A DNA stretch of 64,000 nucleotides from Candidatus Latescibacterota bacterium (GTDB lineage Bacteria; Latescibacterota; CBDEFO01): the NCBI GenBank assembly GCA_965237525.1, contig CBDEFO010000008.1, positions 832,001-896,000 of the forward strand, given 5' to 3'. A program made the position numbers and the translations under genes. The number at the start of each line of letters is the position of its first letter. Position 1 is the stretch's first letter. Positions 63,469-64,000 of the stretch are shown here, one piece after another. A model generated the notes under the pieces. It saw only the letters and a list, made by a program, of their open reading frames with translations. It had not been told where the DNA came from and searched no databases.

Positions 63469-64000
63469 CTAAAGCACAGCTCTCTCCACAAACCAGAACA
63501 CCCCGAAGCAGAATATGACCGCAGACGCGCCTATGATCGCAACCGTCTCGTACCATCTGTATCTACTTGCATAATACAGGGCCGGGAATAATATAGATAC
63601 GATTGCCAACTGTCCTGCTTCGACCCCGACGTTGAAAGACAAAAGCGAAAGGATAAGCCCCTCCTTTGGGAGCCCCATCTCCCGCAATATGCCCGAAAAT
63701 CCGAATCCGTGAACAAGGCCAAAGAAAAACGTGATAATCCACCTCTTGCTGCTGTCCTCAGCAAAGGGGAAAGAGCGAAAGTAGAAGTAATATAGATTCT
63801 CCGCCGCTATGTAGGTGATAGAAAGAGCGATCCCCGCTTCGACTAACCTCGAGGGCAAAGAGACTACCTCCAAAGTAGCTAATATCAGCGTTATACTGTG
63901 AGCTACGGTAAACGAACTCACGATCTTGACCAAGTTCCCCAAGGTCTTTGCCAATATCAAAAGCCCCACCAAGAAAAGGATATGATCGTAGCCTGTAAAT
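63469..64000 (-). CDS. HupE/UreJ-family membrane protein (5' end outside the window)
   Basis: GYDHILFL, FTVAHSITL, FGLVHGFGF and FNVGVEAGQ motifs. Confidence 0.9.
   Translation of the reverse strand, partial: FTGYDHILFLVGLLILAKTLGNLVKIVSSFTVAHSITLILATLEVVSLPSRLVEAGIALSITYIAAENLYYFYFRSFPFAEDSSKRWIITFFFGLVHGFGFSGILREMGLPKEGLILSLLSFNVGVEAGQLAIVSILFPALYYASRYRWYETVAIIGASAVIFCFGVFWFVERAVL

Noticed and set aside
1..64000. Stop-codon recoding suggested by several in-frame stops
   Set aside because: The stops are a mix of TAA and TAG, mostly at apparent Tyr positions, and intact genes use both as normal terminators. Point mutations or errors are simpler.
1..64000. tRNA or rRNA genes
   Set aside because: None recognised by eye.

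Overview
Bacterial chromosomal window, probably from an FCB-related candidate phylum such as Latescibacterota. That is an inference from FlgD-Ig/T9SS-A-like tails, dockerin-like DxDGD pairs and a TWGxIK C-terminal motif. It is a mosaic of housekeeping genes and decaying accessory DNA. From left to right it holds: (i) a GDP-heptose-type operon (hddC-hddA-gmhA) with hddA split by an IS1595-family element; its gmhA 3' end is duplicated around a ~3 kb island carrying a SIR2-like gene, a 69-bp-repeat protein and a VOC gene; (ii) hflX, a HEAT-repeat lipoprotein, an M14 deacylase and a BNR/sialidase-fold gene; (iii) a decayed primase/excisionase element containing an attC-bounded TIMP-like gene cassette; (iv) E1 alpha/beta, an SDR, a double-TAXI membrane protein, an acyltransferase and an acyl-CoA ligase; (v) five IS1182-family copies, three of them in a tandem array that is partly suspect as an assembly artefact; (vi) a TPP riboswitch with thiO-thiS; (vii) large secreted repeat proteins; (viii) two heavy-metal RND operons, each broken in a different component; (ix) a TcmP plus spore-photoproduct-lyase-like radical SAM pair, the best candidate here for an uncharacterised DNA-modification/defence system. 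Short palindromic repeats are abundant and one sits in frame inside a gene. Several frameshifts could be long-read consensus errors rather than real pseudogenes. All family calls are by motif recognition; no database searches were run.
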